From Carcharhinus longimanus (Eukaryota), in NCBI GenBank assembly GCA_030264375.1, contig JASCQW010000132.1:65460681-65524680 (forward strand): DNA of 64,000 nt. Direction: 5' to 3'. Shown here piece after piece: positions 38,070 through 51,814 of the stretch. The first letter of the stretch is position 1; each line of letters begins with the position of its first letter. The notes beneath the pieces are model-generated. The model worked only from the letters and a program-made list of their open reading frames with translations. It was not told the DNA's origin and searched no databases. The position numbers and the translations under genes were made by a program.

Positions 38070-38748
38070 CAGCTCTGACCTCACCCAGCGTTTGTGGGAA
38101 GACGTTCTATTTGCATTAGGCCAGAACGTCTGCACTGCCAAAGTGCATCTCATGTGTCTGCCATGCCCAAGGGGTCAGAAGATTTGGTGACTCGCACATG
38201 TGTAAGGATTTTGATTCAATTTTTCTTTTAATTAACCAATGGCTTTACGGGTCCAAGCATGAGACGTGGCCACATTGACACAGATACTTGCCAGTCCCAA
38301 GTCAACAAGGTGATTTTCCATTGACCCCATGTACTCCAGCAACAGTGGGGATTCCAACCCACATATTTCTGTGGCCTACCTTGCTTACAATGACCATATT
38401 CATCCGTAACAATATTCTAAATATTAAGCACTTCTTTCAGTGTCTATATTTTATGTCATATCTTTAACAAAATAACAATTGCTATTAGTTTGCCATTATC
38501 GAAATAGTTGGAAAGTGTAAAAAATTGAGAGGCCAGGAGGTACGTAACAACAATCTAGCTTTATCAATGCTAATTTGTTAAATATCCTTTCATTATTTGT
38601 TTTGTTATTAGTGGGTGAGCATTTACTGTATCAACATAATAGTCCTTCATCTTACTTTAGCACAAGTGTCAATGCAGCTAGTTTAAATGGATTCTCTTAA
38701 ATTAATGAATTAAACATTTACCTGCTCAAATTGCAAACAGTGTTTTAA

Positions 38749-39018
<270 letters not shown>

Positions 39019-40289
39019 TAAAGTAATTTAATGTAATGTAATACTTCATGATTAACATGCTATGGTATTAATGCACTTTTTTAAACTCCCCAAATACATT
39101 TGATCTTTTGATGGTGAGGAACCTCACTTGCTATGCCACATATATCAGGAAGCCGCTGGTGTACTGGCCGTGATTTCCTCACTAGTGAAAGGGCATTGAG
39201 TAAGATTCGTATCAACACCAAATGACGGAGACTTGAATAGATAGTTAGATAGAATATTAATTGGATAAACGGACAATTTCAGAGCTGCACTCATCAGCAT
39301 ATCTGAGAGGTGATTTCCACCATGAAACAGTTGAGGAACCAGGCTGAAGGGCTGAAATCAATAGTGTAGGAGAACATCAAGGCAAAACAAGTGAAAGAGA
39401 AGGGTATGGCGACAATTTTCCAATAATCAAATCTTCTNNNNNNNNNNNNNNNNNNNNNNNNNNNNNNNNNNNNNNNNNNNNNNNNNNNNNNNNNNNNNNN
39501 NNNNNNNNNNNNNNNNNNNNNNNNNNNNNNNNNNNNNCCTAACTCAAAGGTGACACTAAGCCATTTAAAATACAATGGTTAATATCTTGCTTAAAACCAA
39601 TGAACAAATGATTCTCATACAAACAAAAGTTGCACTAATACGATAAGCACTCATTTCTAGGGTTTTAAATCTCTAGTGCAAGGCACAATTAAATGTGAGA
39701 GAAAAATCTGAATGCAGCATTTGGTTTTGGTCTTTCTAACTCAGTTGTCCCAAATATTGAATTTGTGCTCTGGCAAAGTCATTTCGATCATCTTTACAAG
39801 ATCAGTGGCATAAGTTTTGCTGTCCGGCACAAGAACTGTGCTCATTGCTGGCTTTTAAGATTTAGTGGGCCCGTTTCCTGTCAATTTTCATGCGACTTTC
39901 AATCTGATGTCATCGACAGAAGACCTGTAGCATTAAAACAATTATGTCATTAAGCAGGCTGAGCAGACAATCAGTTTGGAGAATTCTCAAAGACAGCAAA
40001 ACAGAAAATAAAAAGTAAGATAATAATTCAATTTTAATCACTCCGTAGAAAGTGAAGTAAAGGTTGCAAAACATACACACAGGATTACGGTAGGCACTCA
40101 AATATAATATTTAAAGAATGTATTATTTTAAAAATCAAGGAATTTTTATTATGGTATGGAGTGAATAACATTTCACACTTCTAAAATGAATCTTCNNNNN
40201 NNNNNNNNNNNNNNNNNNNNNNNNNNNNNNNNNNNNNNNNNNNNNNNNNNNNNNNNNNNNNNNNNNNNNNNNNNNNNNNNNNNNNNNNN

Positions 40290-40783
40290 ATTTACAGTAG
40301 ACAAAGTGCATGAAAAGTTGAAGTTCATATCAAATCACTTTTTTTTCCATACATAAAGGCTGCCACACTGCATCGTGTGGAGAAACAGGGTATCCCTGAC
40401 AACAACTTCTGGATTTCCACTTTTAACTGGAAATATGTGGAGGCCAGAAATTTATTTTTATTCATTCTTTGGATGTGGGCATCATGGGCTAGGTCAGCAT
40501 TTATTGACAGCAGCTGTCCAAGAAGGCAGCTCACTATCACCTCCACAAGGGCAATTAGGGATGGGCAATGAATACTGGCTTATCCAGTTATCCACACATC
40601 CAAAAATGATTTTTTTAGAAATCTAGCCTCTACATATTTCCAACTAAGAATGGAAATCTGGAAGTGGTTGTCAGGGATACCCTGTTTCTCCACACGATGC
40701 AGTGTGGCAGTCTTCATGTATGCAAAATAAAAAAGTGATTTGATATGAACTTCAACTTTTCGTGCACTTTGCCTATTGTAAAT
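40290..40783. repeat. Inverted repeat with ~165 bp arms (40290-40452 / 40619-40783)
   Basis: For example ctgccacactgcatcgtgtggagaaacagggtatccctgacaac pairs with gttgtcagggataccctgtttctccacacgatgcagtgtggcag. Confidence 0.9.
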
Positions 40784-41619
40784 ACTATTAAAAATGTTAA
40801 ATGTTGTTAGAAGAGGTGTAACTTAGTTCGTTCACAATATATACTGTGACAGTCTTTGTAGATGCAATCAACACTTCAGGCTGACATCATGTCATTTTAT
40901 TATGTTCCACACACAAATGAAAAGCCACAGAGTATTTTTTTCAATGCCAAAAAGAAAATAAGATGAAATGGAACTAACAGTGAGTAAAATGGGACCAAGA
41001 AAAATCTTCTGAAGGCTTTTCAAGGTGAAAGAAGGGGACAAAGTGAATAGATATGAAGAAGGAATTGGATAGAGCAGATGGATAGAGACTATAAGAGCGT
41101 TCATCAGCGGTGAAGCTGTCGGAACAGGAACTCTAATATAATCTGATGTCAGAAGAGTAGAAGGCAGAAAAATGTGGCTGAAGTACACAACTCAGATGAA
41201 GTATTATCAGGCCATAGAGAATCTGAAAATAATGATGAGCATTCTGAATTCAGTGGGGCTTGGGGAGCCAGTGGATGAGCTTCTAGCTATGTAGAACATT
41301 GTTCAAAAGAAGATTTGAGTGCTTAAAGTTTGGATACATAAGGATTTATGGAGCGTGAAAGCAGAAAGAGTGCTAGAGAACTGAATTCCCAAAGTGTTTA
41401 AAACAGAGATAAAGATATTGTCAGGGATGAGAAAGTAGAATCTGGCATAGATTTGGACAAGAAGCCAAGCTCAGAGTTAAACAGAATTATTATTCCTTTT
41501 TTTAAAGTCCTAACCTGCTTCATGAGGGTAAAAATGGGCACAGAGCAGTGATTGGAGAATCAATATGTCATTAAAAGTTGAATGCAAGTATGGTTAAGGT
41601 GGTAAAATCAAAGAGTTGC

Positions 41620-41975
41620 AATTACATGGCACATTTCACCTCTTTAGTTTGTCCCAATAAAATTCACAAGCAAGCACATTCTTTTGAAATGTAGCCAATT
41701 TGTGCAAAGCAACGTCCCAACAAACAGCAATTAGCAGATAATCTATTTTAATGTTATTAACCAAGAGATAAATATTGGCCAGGATACCAAGCAGAACTCT
41801 CTTGCTGTTCTTCAAAACAGATGCATAGGATCCTTTATGCCCACTAGAGAGGGAATTCAGGGCTTTGGTTTAACATCTGATCTAAAACGCCTGACAATGC
41901 ATTATTAATTCAGCCTGAATTTTATATTCACGTTTCTGGAATGGGACTCCATAACCTTACCAATTGACCCAAAAC
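41620..41975 (-). mobile_element. Old DeuSINE (SacSINE1-like)
   Basis: gataaatattggccaggatacc...gcataggatcctttatgcccac...tggtttaacatctgatctaaaa resembles the reverse complement of the Deu domain, from recall. Confidence 0.6.
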
Positions 41976-43299
41976 TGGTCAAAATTTTTTGAAGGGCTGA
42001 AGAAATAAAAAAGTGGAGGGTTTTGTTCTAAGGGTCAGTCACATCATTACAGTAACTTTGGTGAGGGATTAGAAGATATCACAAGCAAATGACACAAATG
42101 ATTGAAAATATTCAACCATTTCCCTGGAGTTTCAACAGGTCTCCCATCATTGTTACCAGAGGAGATGGATGGTTGCTCAGCTGAACTTCAGGGTTGAGGA
42201 ATTTGGGGTGAGTGTGGGGCCAGATCACCATAGACTTTGAACTTCCTTGTTTAGCTGAGGAGGTTAATTGAGTTGGGACCAGTGTTTTGGAGGAAGCTGA
42301 AATCAGACAGAATGATAGTCAAAATAGGGAGATGTGGGAGTTAGATTTATTGCTACATTTCCCACTCAAGTGCAGAATCCATAGCCCCAGTCCAGTTGGC
42401 ATTGATATACAATAGGGTCTGTATAACCTCACAAACCCACCGCATATAAACACCAGCAGAGGGTGAGGTGCAAATCCAGATATATCTTCCATACATCGTC
42501 CTTACTGCCATTGCTGGGATTTCCTGGAAAAAGCTGGATAGCCCATAGTAGCAGCAGTGATAGCTCAAATTTCTTGTGAGATATGCTCAGTATTGCTGGC
42601 CTAATCAAAGTTCATGCAACAAAAAGGGCTTTGAGCACTGTTGATAGGTATCCAAGCCAGAGATGCATTTGGAGTGCCCACCATGCTACAATGTGAAGAA
42701 ATTAAGTATGAATGACCATTAAGGAACCTGCTCTGAGCCTGGAATGTCCTTAAGTGCCAGTCACAAAGGTACCTGAGAGACACAATCATCACTAGATTGA
42801 TAGCATTCGGGGCAAAAGTTGCAATACTTTAGTGCTGACCTCTATCCCATGCTTCGTTGGGTATTGCTCTCTGCTGTGAAATTGCCTTACTTTGTATTAT
42901 CATATTGACAATCAACAAAAAATTTATTCATCTGAGACATTCTTTATAAATTAAGGTTATGTTCTGCGTGGCTATATAAATAACACAAATGAAAAGTAAG
43001 CCTAAAGATATGCACAAATCCAGAAACAGTGATTAAAACTACATCACTAGGCATATCTGAACCGACCAAAAGCTGGATGTCCAATATTTGCAGTCCTCAC
43101 TTCAACTCCAACCTTTACTCAACACCCTTCAAAGGAGCAATCAGAGGCTCTACCCCAGAAGGTATATTGTTGTGTGGAATCTTGTAAAACTGGGTACTGA
43201 CCAGGCAGGAGTACCTCTGAACAGCCACAGATTTTGTTTTAAAGCCCTTTGATTTAATGTATTGCACTAAACTGTCCCTTTCTGGAACTCTCCCTACAG

Positions 43300-43482
43300 C
43301 TGATTACATTAAGAACAAATCCAGATGCAGCCACTCAGAACAGACGATTACAATTTACCCAGAATCAGAAGAAAGAAGATTCGAAAACATCGACCTCTGT
43401 AACAAGCGTGAACCAGGCAAATACATCTCGACTAGAGGGCTTTCAGACTGATAACCATCGTCTGCGAATGAAAATCACAGAG
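43300..43482 (+). CDS. GABBR2: GABA-B receptor subunit 2 coding exon (proximal C-tail, start of coiled coil; ~exon 16)
   Basis: Acceptor ccctacag, donor gtgctt, 183 nt. Translates [61 protein letters not shown]. Confidence 0.97.
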
Positions 43483-44149
43483 GTGCTTATTTTGCTTTCA
43501 ATCATATCTGTTATATATTCTCTTCTTCCATGGATAATGTAAGCAGGTTCAAACAAAGACAGCTGTGAAGTTCCAGTGAATATGCTTAGGAAGAATGATT
43601 TTTTGAAAATTCAAAAGAAAATGATTATCATTTATGCAGAGAAGTATGAGGATTAGCAGCTACATCAAAGCAGAGAGTGGGTACCCAGATGCCAGTCAAT
43701 ATTAATTCCTTAGCTTTTTTTCAAATAGACTCAGCAAATAGGTAGTTCCCTATGAAGGAACAAACCAGAACTTCACATATTCTGAAAATTAATAAATCCT
43801 TTGACAGATGGAAGAACTTTGTTCATTTTCTGTGATTGTTTATTGTTCTTTATTACCTTTATTTTAGCCAGCATTCTGATTATGATGAATAAGAGCACGT
43901 GTATGGCCATCTCACACTGCAATGATATATTTATTTAATATATGTAATATAGTACAGGCATGTTACTTACCATTCTAAACTGTCAGAATGCAAATACTTT
44001 GGCCTGAATTTTTGCAATGACAGAGAAGATCTTCAGCTTCGCCAAAATGCCACTTGAGCCCCAATACCGGAAGTCCCACCCTGAACCCGCAGCCATCATT
44101 TTCACCAGGAATGGGTGGAGCAGGGGTAGGTTGTAGTTTGCAGATATTC

Positions 44150-44275
44150 ATCTCACCTGATGAAGGAGCAGCACTCTGAATGCTCATGGTTCCAAATAAA
44201 CCTGTTGGACTTGAACCTGATGCTGTGAGACTTCTTACTGTGCCCACTCCAGTCCAACATTGTATCTCCACATTG
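44150..44275 (+). mobile_element. Penelope terminus with degenerate hammerhead (CTGATGA...GAAT), inside a MITE-like element starting ~44001
   Basis: Homologous to the reverse complement of 21147-21280. Confidence 0.75.
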
Positions 44276-44529
44276 TGGTTCATGGAGGCAGCTGCATGTT
44301 AGAAAATGCAGCTGCCTTCAAACAGATCTAATTTTCATTCGTGGGATGTCCAACACACGATTTGTGAGTTTTTACAGTTCAAGAAAAGATCTAGACCCTT
44401 TTAGAGATATGGTGCACTTTTGTATAGGTCCAGCGACATCTTTGGGAGAAGTCAAGTGCCCTTAAATGGTCGCATCCTTGTTGTGGGTTCTTGCCCCACT
44501 TTCAGGTGTGAGCATATAAATAAGACTCG

Positions 44530-46530
44530 TACAGATGTACTACTTTGGATACTGTTGTGGGGAATGGCCTTTTAAGGGAAAGCAACAACGGCCAAGTTTA
44601 TGGCACTATGGGTACAGTACATTCTGGAGAGGGAGCATGGTTGTGGTACATACTGATAAACAAAGGGATGAGGTCCTGAAAACAGAATATAGGAAATTAG
44701 ATGATGAATTAAAATGCAGGACCTAAAATGCAGTAATCTCAGAACTGCTCCCAGTTCCAGGTGCTAGCAAGAGCAGGGATAAGAGGATAGATCCAATGCT
44801 AAAATCACGTGGCTTTGGCGTGGGCTGGCTTGATGGATACAGAACTGGCTTGGCCATAGACAGAGTAACAGTGGAAAGATGTTTTCAGAATGGAGATCTG
44901 TGGCTAGTGGTTTTCCTCAGGAATCAGTGCTGGGACCTTTGTTTATAATATAGATAAATGATGTAAAGGGAAAATGTGGGTGGTCTGATTAGTAAGTTTA
45001 CAGATGACACGAAGATTGGAGTTGCTGATGCTGATTTTAGTTCTTGTACCAGTCTGCCATGTGGGACCTTGTCAAAATGAAGTAATGTCCATAAAAACTG
45101 CACCCATAGCCTTTCCCTCAATTATCTTTGTCATCTCTGCAAAAAACTCATTATAGATGGTGAGACATGACCTTCTTTGTACAAAACCATGCCGCATGTC
45201 ACTAACTAGTCCACTTTCTTCCAAATGTACATATATCCTGTCTCTCAGTTTCTTCTCCATAAGCGTCCCCACCACTGATTTGGTTATTCTCCAATCATCT
45301 GGAACTCGCCTGTGGTCAAAAAAGATATGAAGATATCTGTTAAGGCCCCAGCTATTTCTTCCCTTGCCTCCCGCAGTAATCTCCAGCCCTCAGCATTCTA
45401 GTAAATCTTGTCTGCATCCCCCTCCAGAGCAATTCATAGATTACTTCAGTGCAGAAGGTGGTCATTCGGCCAATCGAGTCTGCATCAACTACAATCCCAC
45501 CCAGGCCTTATCCTCATAACCCCATACACTTACCCTAGCTAGTCCCCTTGACACTAAGGGGCAATTTTGCATGGCCAATCCACCTAACCTGTACATCTTT
45601 GGACTATGGAAAGAAATCGGAGCATCCGGAGGAAACCAATGTAACACGAGGAGAAAGTGCAAACTCCACACAGACATCCCATCCAACCCCAGGGACATGC
45701 TACCTTAATGCAATTTAGATTACCCAATGCTTCCTCCTTTGATATATTGACATTTTCCTGAGCGTTCACACACATATCCCTGGCCTCAACATCTGTCATG
45801 TCCTTCTCCTTGGTGAATACCAACACAAGGATACAACAGAATATAGATAGATTGGAGACTTGAGCGTGGAAGTGTCAGATGGAGTTTAATCCGAACAAGT
45901 ATGAGGTGATGCATTTTGGAGGATCAAATTTAGGTTTGAATTATACTGCAAGTGGCAGAATCCTTAAGAACATTAGCATTGAGGGATCTGGCTGTGCAGG
46001 TTCACAGTTTCCTAAGAGTGGCAATACTGGTTGTCAGCGTGATGAAAAAGGCATTTGGTATGCTTGCCTTCATCGGAAAGAGCACTGAGTACAAGAATTG
46101 GGAAATCATGTTGCAGCTGTACAAAATCTTGATTGGGCCACACTTGGTGTTTTGCGTACAGTTCTGGACACCACACTACTAGAAGTGGAAGCTTTGGAGA
46201 GAGTGCAAAGAAGGTTCACCAGGATGTTACGTCTGTTGTAGGAAAAATGCTTGATTCCGTAATCAAAGAGAAAATAGCGAGGCATCTTGAGAAGAATTGT
46301 TTGATAGAGCAGACGCAGCACAGATTCGTTAAGGGGAAGTCGTGTCTGACGAATTTNNNNNNNNNNNNNNNNNNNNNNNNNNNNNNNNNNNNNNNNNNNN
46401 NNNNNNNNNNNNNNNNNNNNNNNNNNNNNNNNNNNNNNNNNNNNNNNNNNNNNNNNTATTGAATGGCGGGGCAGGCTCGAAGGGCTAGATGGCCTACTCC
46501 TGCTCCTATTTCTTATGTTCTTATGTTCTT
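44530..46530. mobile_element. Rearranged CR1 LINE cluster with nested HE1-like SINE (~45440-45690, minus strand)
   Basis: Plus-strand PQ.SVLGP and FTDDTKIG, minus-strand FDKVPHGRLVQ and HGFVQRRSCLT, plus-strand MEFNPNKYEVMHFG...LYKILIGPHL, then a younger CR1 across the gap. Confidence 0.85.
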
Positions 46531-47919
46531 TGGTATTGTTAAAAGTAGACAGGAATGCATGTAAAAAGTGGATAAACTCGTTGGAACTATGAAGCTGTCA
46601 AAGCATATAAATCCCTTGAGAAATCAAGTTGTCAAAGCATTTAACTCTCCTGGCATTTAAATTTTTTAAAAACCTGCAGTTTAAAAAAAAATGCTTGCTA
46701 TCATTCTGTCATCATAAGACTGAGAGTTATCATTAAAGGATTTGTGCTGCAAGAATAATTCCACAAACTATCATTATGATAGTGGGTGTCTGTCAGTTTA
46801 CTAGTGGTTTTGAATAGTTATAAAGCCTTTGATGTGGGGCTATGAATACAAATGCTTGTAGAGTAAAGGATTAAATAGTTGAAGGATTTTAAATATAGCA
46901 AATGGATTTTTTTAATCAAGTTTTTTTTTAATTGTGAAGTCATCGGTCAATACTTACCACTTTATTTCATCTCAGCATGAATCCTGAGTGTGCCAATGAT
47001 GGAGGCTGGATGAACTGGCATAGAAAATGTAAAGGGTAAGGGTCATGGGTCATATATTGACATGAGTTCATACTAAGTTGGTAAAGTGGCCTTAAAAATA
47101 TTATCAGGTGGGCAGAGGGACATAGGTTGGTGTGCAGGGTATGAGGGTCCATGGGGAGTGGGTGCGGGGAGCATAAAGTAACATGGACTAGGCATGGAGA
47201 ACGTGAGGGGGTGTAATGGATTAAAGCAAGAGGACTGTATTTTGTTTTCTTGATATTTTATCAACTGGGACAGTATGCTGGTGCACTGAGATCAGCCTTT
47301 CACACAGCTCACCTTCACATTTGGCAACCCCCTTTGGCAGCTTCCACACCCTTTCTCGAGACAGTGGATTTGGTTAACACCCTGCCCCTACTGCTGCCCA
47401 CTCCTGGCAATGGAATGAAAATGGAACTATCCTGGAACTATGTCCCAAACCAGGTTTGCAGAGTGGGAAATTTTCACTCAGGATTTAAAATTCAAACCTC
47501 TGTTTACATGGCATACATGTTAATGGTAACCGAGACGATTCTTCAAGGGTAAATTTTCTTCATGCACTGATTTGTTTGCCAGTGTATGCTCTGATAGATT
47601 TATGTTTACTGGAGATTGTCCGGTGAATGTGACAATTTAATTTCTACCGGGCCATCCTAATTAATTGATTTTGACTACATTGTGGGACAGGATGAAAGCT
47701 GAATGTAGAATTCATGAATCTGTGATGAACTCCAAGAAATGGAAAATTCCAACTCTTATCTATGACTTGGATGCAGTACAAATTACAAGTAAATTCCTTG
47801 AAGCATCTGATGCTTTGAATCCTTTCTTTGCTTAGAGCTTAGGAAATGTTGCAACAATTCACATAGGCATAATTGAATTTAAACCGTGCTCATTGAAGGT
47901 ATGCCGTTTCCCTTTACAG

Positions 47920-48049
47920 CTTGACAAAGAGCTTGAGGAGGTTACCATGCAGCTACAGGACACGCCTGAAAAGACGCAATATATTAAACAAAACCACATT
48001 CAAGAGCTCAATAACATCCTGAACATACGGAACTTCACAGATGGAAATG
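47920..48049 (+). CDS. GABBR2: GABA-B receptor subunit 2 coding exon (coiled coil; ~exon 17)
   Basis: Acceptor ctttacag, donor gtaaga, 130 nt, phase 0/1. Translates [43 protein letters not shown] plus one base G. Confidence 0.96.
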
Positions 48050-48959
48050 GTAAGAGCAGCTGTCTGTAATACCCTCAGAAGATTCAGCAACACTTCAAAG
48101 AAGACACAGCCAGTGGGCTTTTTGACATTGTTTAATAATTTTTGATGTATCGTGGTGAACTGTTGGTGTTAATTTAAATCATGTTTGGTGCAAATTATAA
48201 TATTTTAATATAATTGTCCTGAAAGGCTCCTCAGTGCATTCAACAATTTACACACCAGCTTGTGTAGCTTTGGAACGTTTATCTGAAAGATCACAGTCCA
48301 GCCTAGATTGTGTATTTATTTCTTCTTTGGCTGCACTCTGGGTTGGTAACTGTCTGATATTACTAGACAGCAAATGGAACACGAGATCCCCAAAACAGGA
48401 CTGAAGAAAGCCCAGTAGATTACATTTTTCTGGGTGACTAGCTTGTAATAGTGTTCCATTTCAGAGGGGATTACATTAAGATACCTGTTCATGACAAGTA
48501 GAGGTCGCAGAAGTTTTTATAAATCTGAATTACGTGACATAACTGTTAAAATATTCAGACGATATAAGAAAAGAGCAAATCTTCAAGTACATTTGCTTCT
48601 TTTTTATTTTGGGAAACACAAATACGTATTGATTTAGGAAATTAGTTAGCAAGACAGACTTTCTTAAAGTTTTAAGAAAGCTATCAGTTTAGTTGTCATT
48701 CCTTAGCTATTTTAAAATAGAATCTGATGGGCCTTGTGCATCACTGGTGAAGGCCAGGTGCTCTCGCTGCTCATCCCTTCCCCAGTGCTCAGCAACTCAC
48801 TTATGAGATCACTTGTGATTGTTTCTGTGCTGATGTTTGCACAGGTAAACTCCAGGATAAAGTTGATGAGAATATTTTGGCAGGTGTAAACCTGGAAATG
48901 ATGGGCAATCATTGAAATAACTGGTTGCTTCCTCCATTATAGCTTCTATGATATGAGGG

Positions 48960-49600
48960 ACAGAACATAGGTACGGGAGTAGGCCAAACAGCCCCTTGAG
49001 CTTGTTCCATCATTCAGTGAAATCATGGATGATCAGTTTCTTATCTCTAAAACCATCTCTATCTACCCAATGTTGTTTTGTAAGCATTAATATGTTCATT
49101 TAGCAAGAAAATCTACTAATCTGTCTTGAAATTTTCAGTTGATCTAGCCTCAACAGCTTTGAGGGAGAGATCGCCAGTTCCATTACTCTTTGTATGAAAG
49201 ACAACTTTCTGACATTATCCCTGAGTGGCCCAGTGAAGATTTTAAGTTTATGTCTCTTGTTTTATACTCCTTTCCCTCCACCTCAAGAAAGTGTTGGGCC
49301 TCTACTTGCTCTATCAAATCCATTTATCATCTTAAGCATCTCAATTAGATGACAGCTTACTGTTCTATTTTTGAGTAAGTGCATCCTAGTCTAGCCCTTT
49401 TCATTTATCTTTTTTGTCCTGCTATCATTCTGATGAATCTACGCTGCACACCCTCAAAGGCCTGTCTATTCTTCCTCAGGCTTGGTGCCCAGTACACCAG
49501 GTGAAATTTACCAGAGGTTCTGAACATCTGTAACAAAACTTTTACCTCTTTGATTTTAAGCACTTTTGAAATGGAGACCCATTGTTCATTTGCATGTTAA
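48960..49600 (-). mobile_element. Old CR1 LINE 3' remnant
   Basis: Begins with the reverse CR1 tail agaacataggtacgggagtaggcca...cccttgagcttgttcc. Confidence 0.65.
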
Positions 49601-51409
49601 TGTGTTTAGTCGATTTGTAATCAGTGACATTTGCCCTTAAATTGATGAGTAAGTGAAAGAACATTGCAATACTTTATTAATGGGTAAGAAGATGGAACTA
49701 CATACAATGATCACTGGCTGACCTTTACCTGACCTGACTGTGTTGTCTTCCCAGTTCACTCGGTATTGGAATGGTGTTGGTCATGGAATGGGTTTGTTAA
49801 GGAAGCCTTTTTAGAATCACCAAATCCCTACAGTGAAGAAAGAGGCCATACAGCCCATTGAACTTGCCCATCTAAAATGAATGACCACAATCTTTGATCT
49901 CACCCAAGAAGCTTGGCCAGACCCAATTCTCACCCACTACCCAACCTGACCCCTTACCCCTCTGATGTCCAACTCACTATGTCCAACTCCCTCGCCCCCA
50001 ACCCCCAACGTCTGACCCCTTTCACGTGTGCTAAAGCCTGACTCCCCACACCCCCCATGCCTCCTGATGTTTGAACCCCCTATCCTCAGATGTTCACCTG
50101 TCTTTCCTCCACCCACCTCCATGTCTGACCACCCGCACGTCAAACCACCTCTTTCCACTTACCTGAGACACTTATGTTCTCCCCACCCTTCTATTTTCAA
50201 TGGGACCTTTGAACTCACCTGCTTTATGGTAGCTAGTTCACGCTGCTGCTTTTGGCCTTCAATGTTGGAGCCAGGGATGCGCTACACTGCCTGAATCTCA
50301 CCGGGGCTCAGTCAGGAAGGTCAGGTGAGACAGATACTTAAGAAATTTAGTGCAAATAAGTGGGTACAGAGTGGCAGTCTGATGCTAATTGCCTCTGAGG
50401 AAATAATAGCCCATTAAGTTTTGAAATGCACCTATTGTGAATTCATCACATTAAAAATAAATTTAGAGCACTTCACAGAAAGGTGGAAGGTGTATAGTGT
50501 CCTTGGGAAAGGAGAGAGGAATAGAGAGTTAGGGGTGGAATTTTGCAGCCTCTCCCACATCACGATTGGCTAAGTTATTGGACCTTTGGCTAGCCCACTG
50601 CATCCCCCATAGCAAGTTCTGCCATGGCGAGGCCTAGGATTTGGAACATAGGCGTCGTTATAAAATGAGGGTTGGGGGAAATTTATGAGGCAAGATTGGG
50701 ATGGGTGACAAACGATTGGCCATCAGTAATGGAGCAAAGCAAGTTTGATATTACAGGAGCATACTGGGACACAAAGAAGTCAGTGATCATTAAGGTAACA
50801 GGAACGATTCACAAATAAGGATGAGAAATTTGAAATCAAAATACTGATGCATGGGGATGAAGCTGAGTTTGAAGAGGACAGGAATAATGGAAGTTCAGTA
50901 TTTCAGTACAGCCATATAAGATATTTCCATGTATATAATAGTAAACAGATACATCCAGAACATGACTTCAAATTTAGTTCTGAAAATAGAGGAAAGGCAC
51001 AAGTCGAACCCAATAGAAGACAAAGTGCCGATTGATATCAAACATATAGAATGAATTGCTGGATTTAATGTTTTCTACTGCCCCAAAGGTACAGATATTA
51101 TTAGATTGTGCCTTAAGTATCTGCCCAATGTAGCAGTTGGGAAGTTCAAATCATTTTAAAACTCGGGTCTTATGAATGTTTTTCTGGCCAGTTGCAGACA
51201 CCAAATGGGAATGCTGCACAAGTTGCCAGTTTCAAGTGGCTGAAAAACAGCTGGTTGTAGTGCACAGCTGGCCAGCAAGTAAGGCTGCTGGCAGGGTGAT
51301 TACAAGCAGATACCTGAAGATGGATAATTTCTATGACTCCTGAAGGAAACCTGGTTTCAAAACTCATTGATAAATACACTGACTGTCAGCAGTTCTGAAA
51401 CAATATTGT

Positions 51410-51814
51410 GGGCCCGATTTTACAAACAGGTGCGAAATCGCGGTAAATTTGGGCGTCAGGCCTTTAACGTGATTTGCACCCGAATCCGAGCAGATCACGA
51501 CTTTACCAGCGCCTGATTTGAGCATGGGTCCGGTCCGCACCCAAATCGAGCGCCTGATGATTTAAATGCATTGGCATGCATTTAAATTGACTTAATGAAC
51601 TGCGGGTCCAACTCTACCACCAAATCCCACTTTACCATCTTCGGATCCGTTCAGGATCCGTGCTGTAAGAAACCTGGTAAATAAAAATCCGAAGCCGTTT
51701 CCTATTCTGCCGGGGAACCTCTGAAGCCCGTCCTCCTTGACCATCCTTTGCAGACCTCCCCTGCTAACCACCCTGGCAGACGAACCCGCCCCCCCACCCC
51801 CCAGGATTGGACCC
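51410..51814. mobile_element. Left end of a Harbinger-like MITE running into a gap
   Basis: Starts GGGCCCGATTTTAC and is CpG-rich. The terminus resembles that of 52964-53400. Confidence 0.55.
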
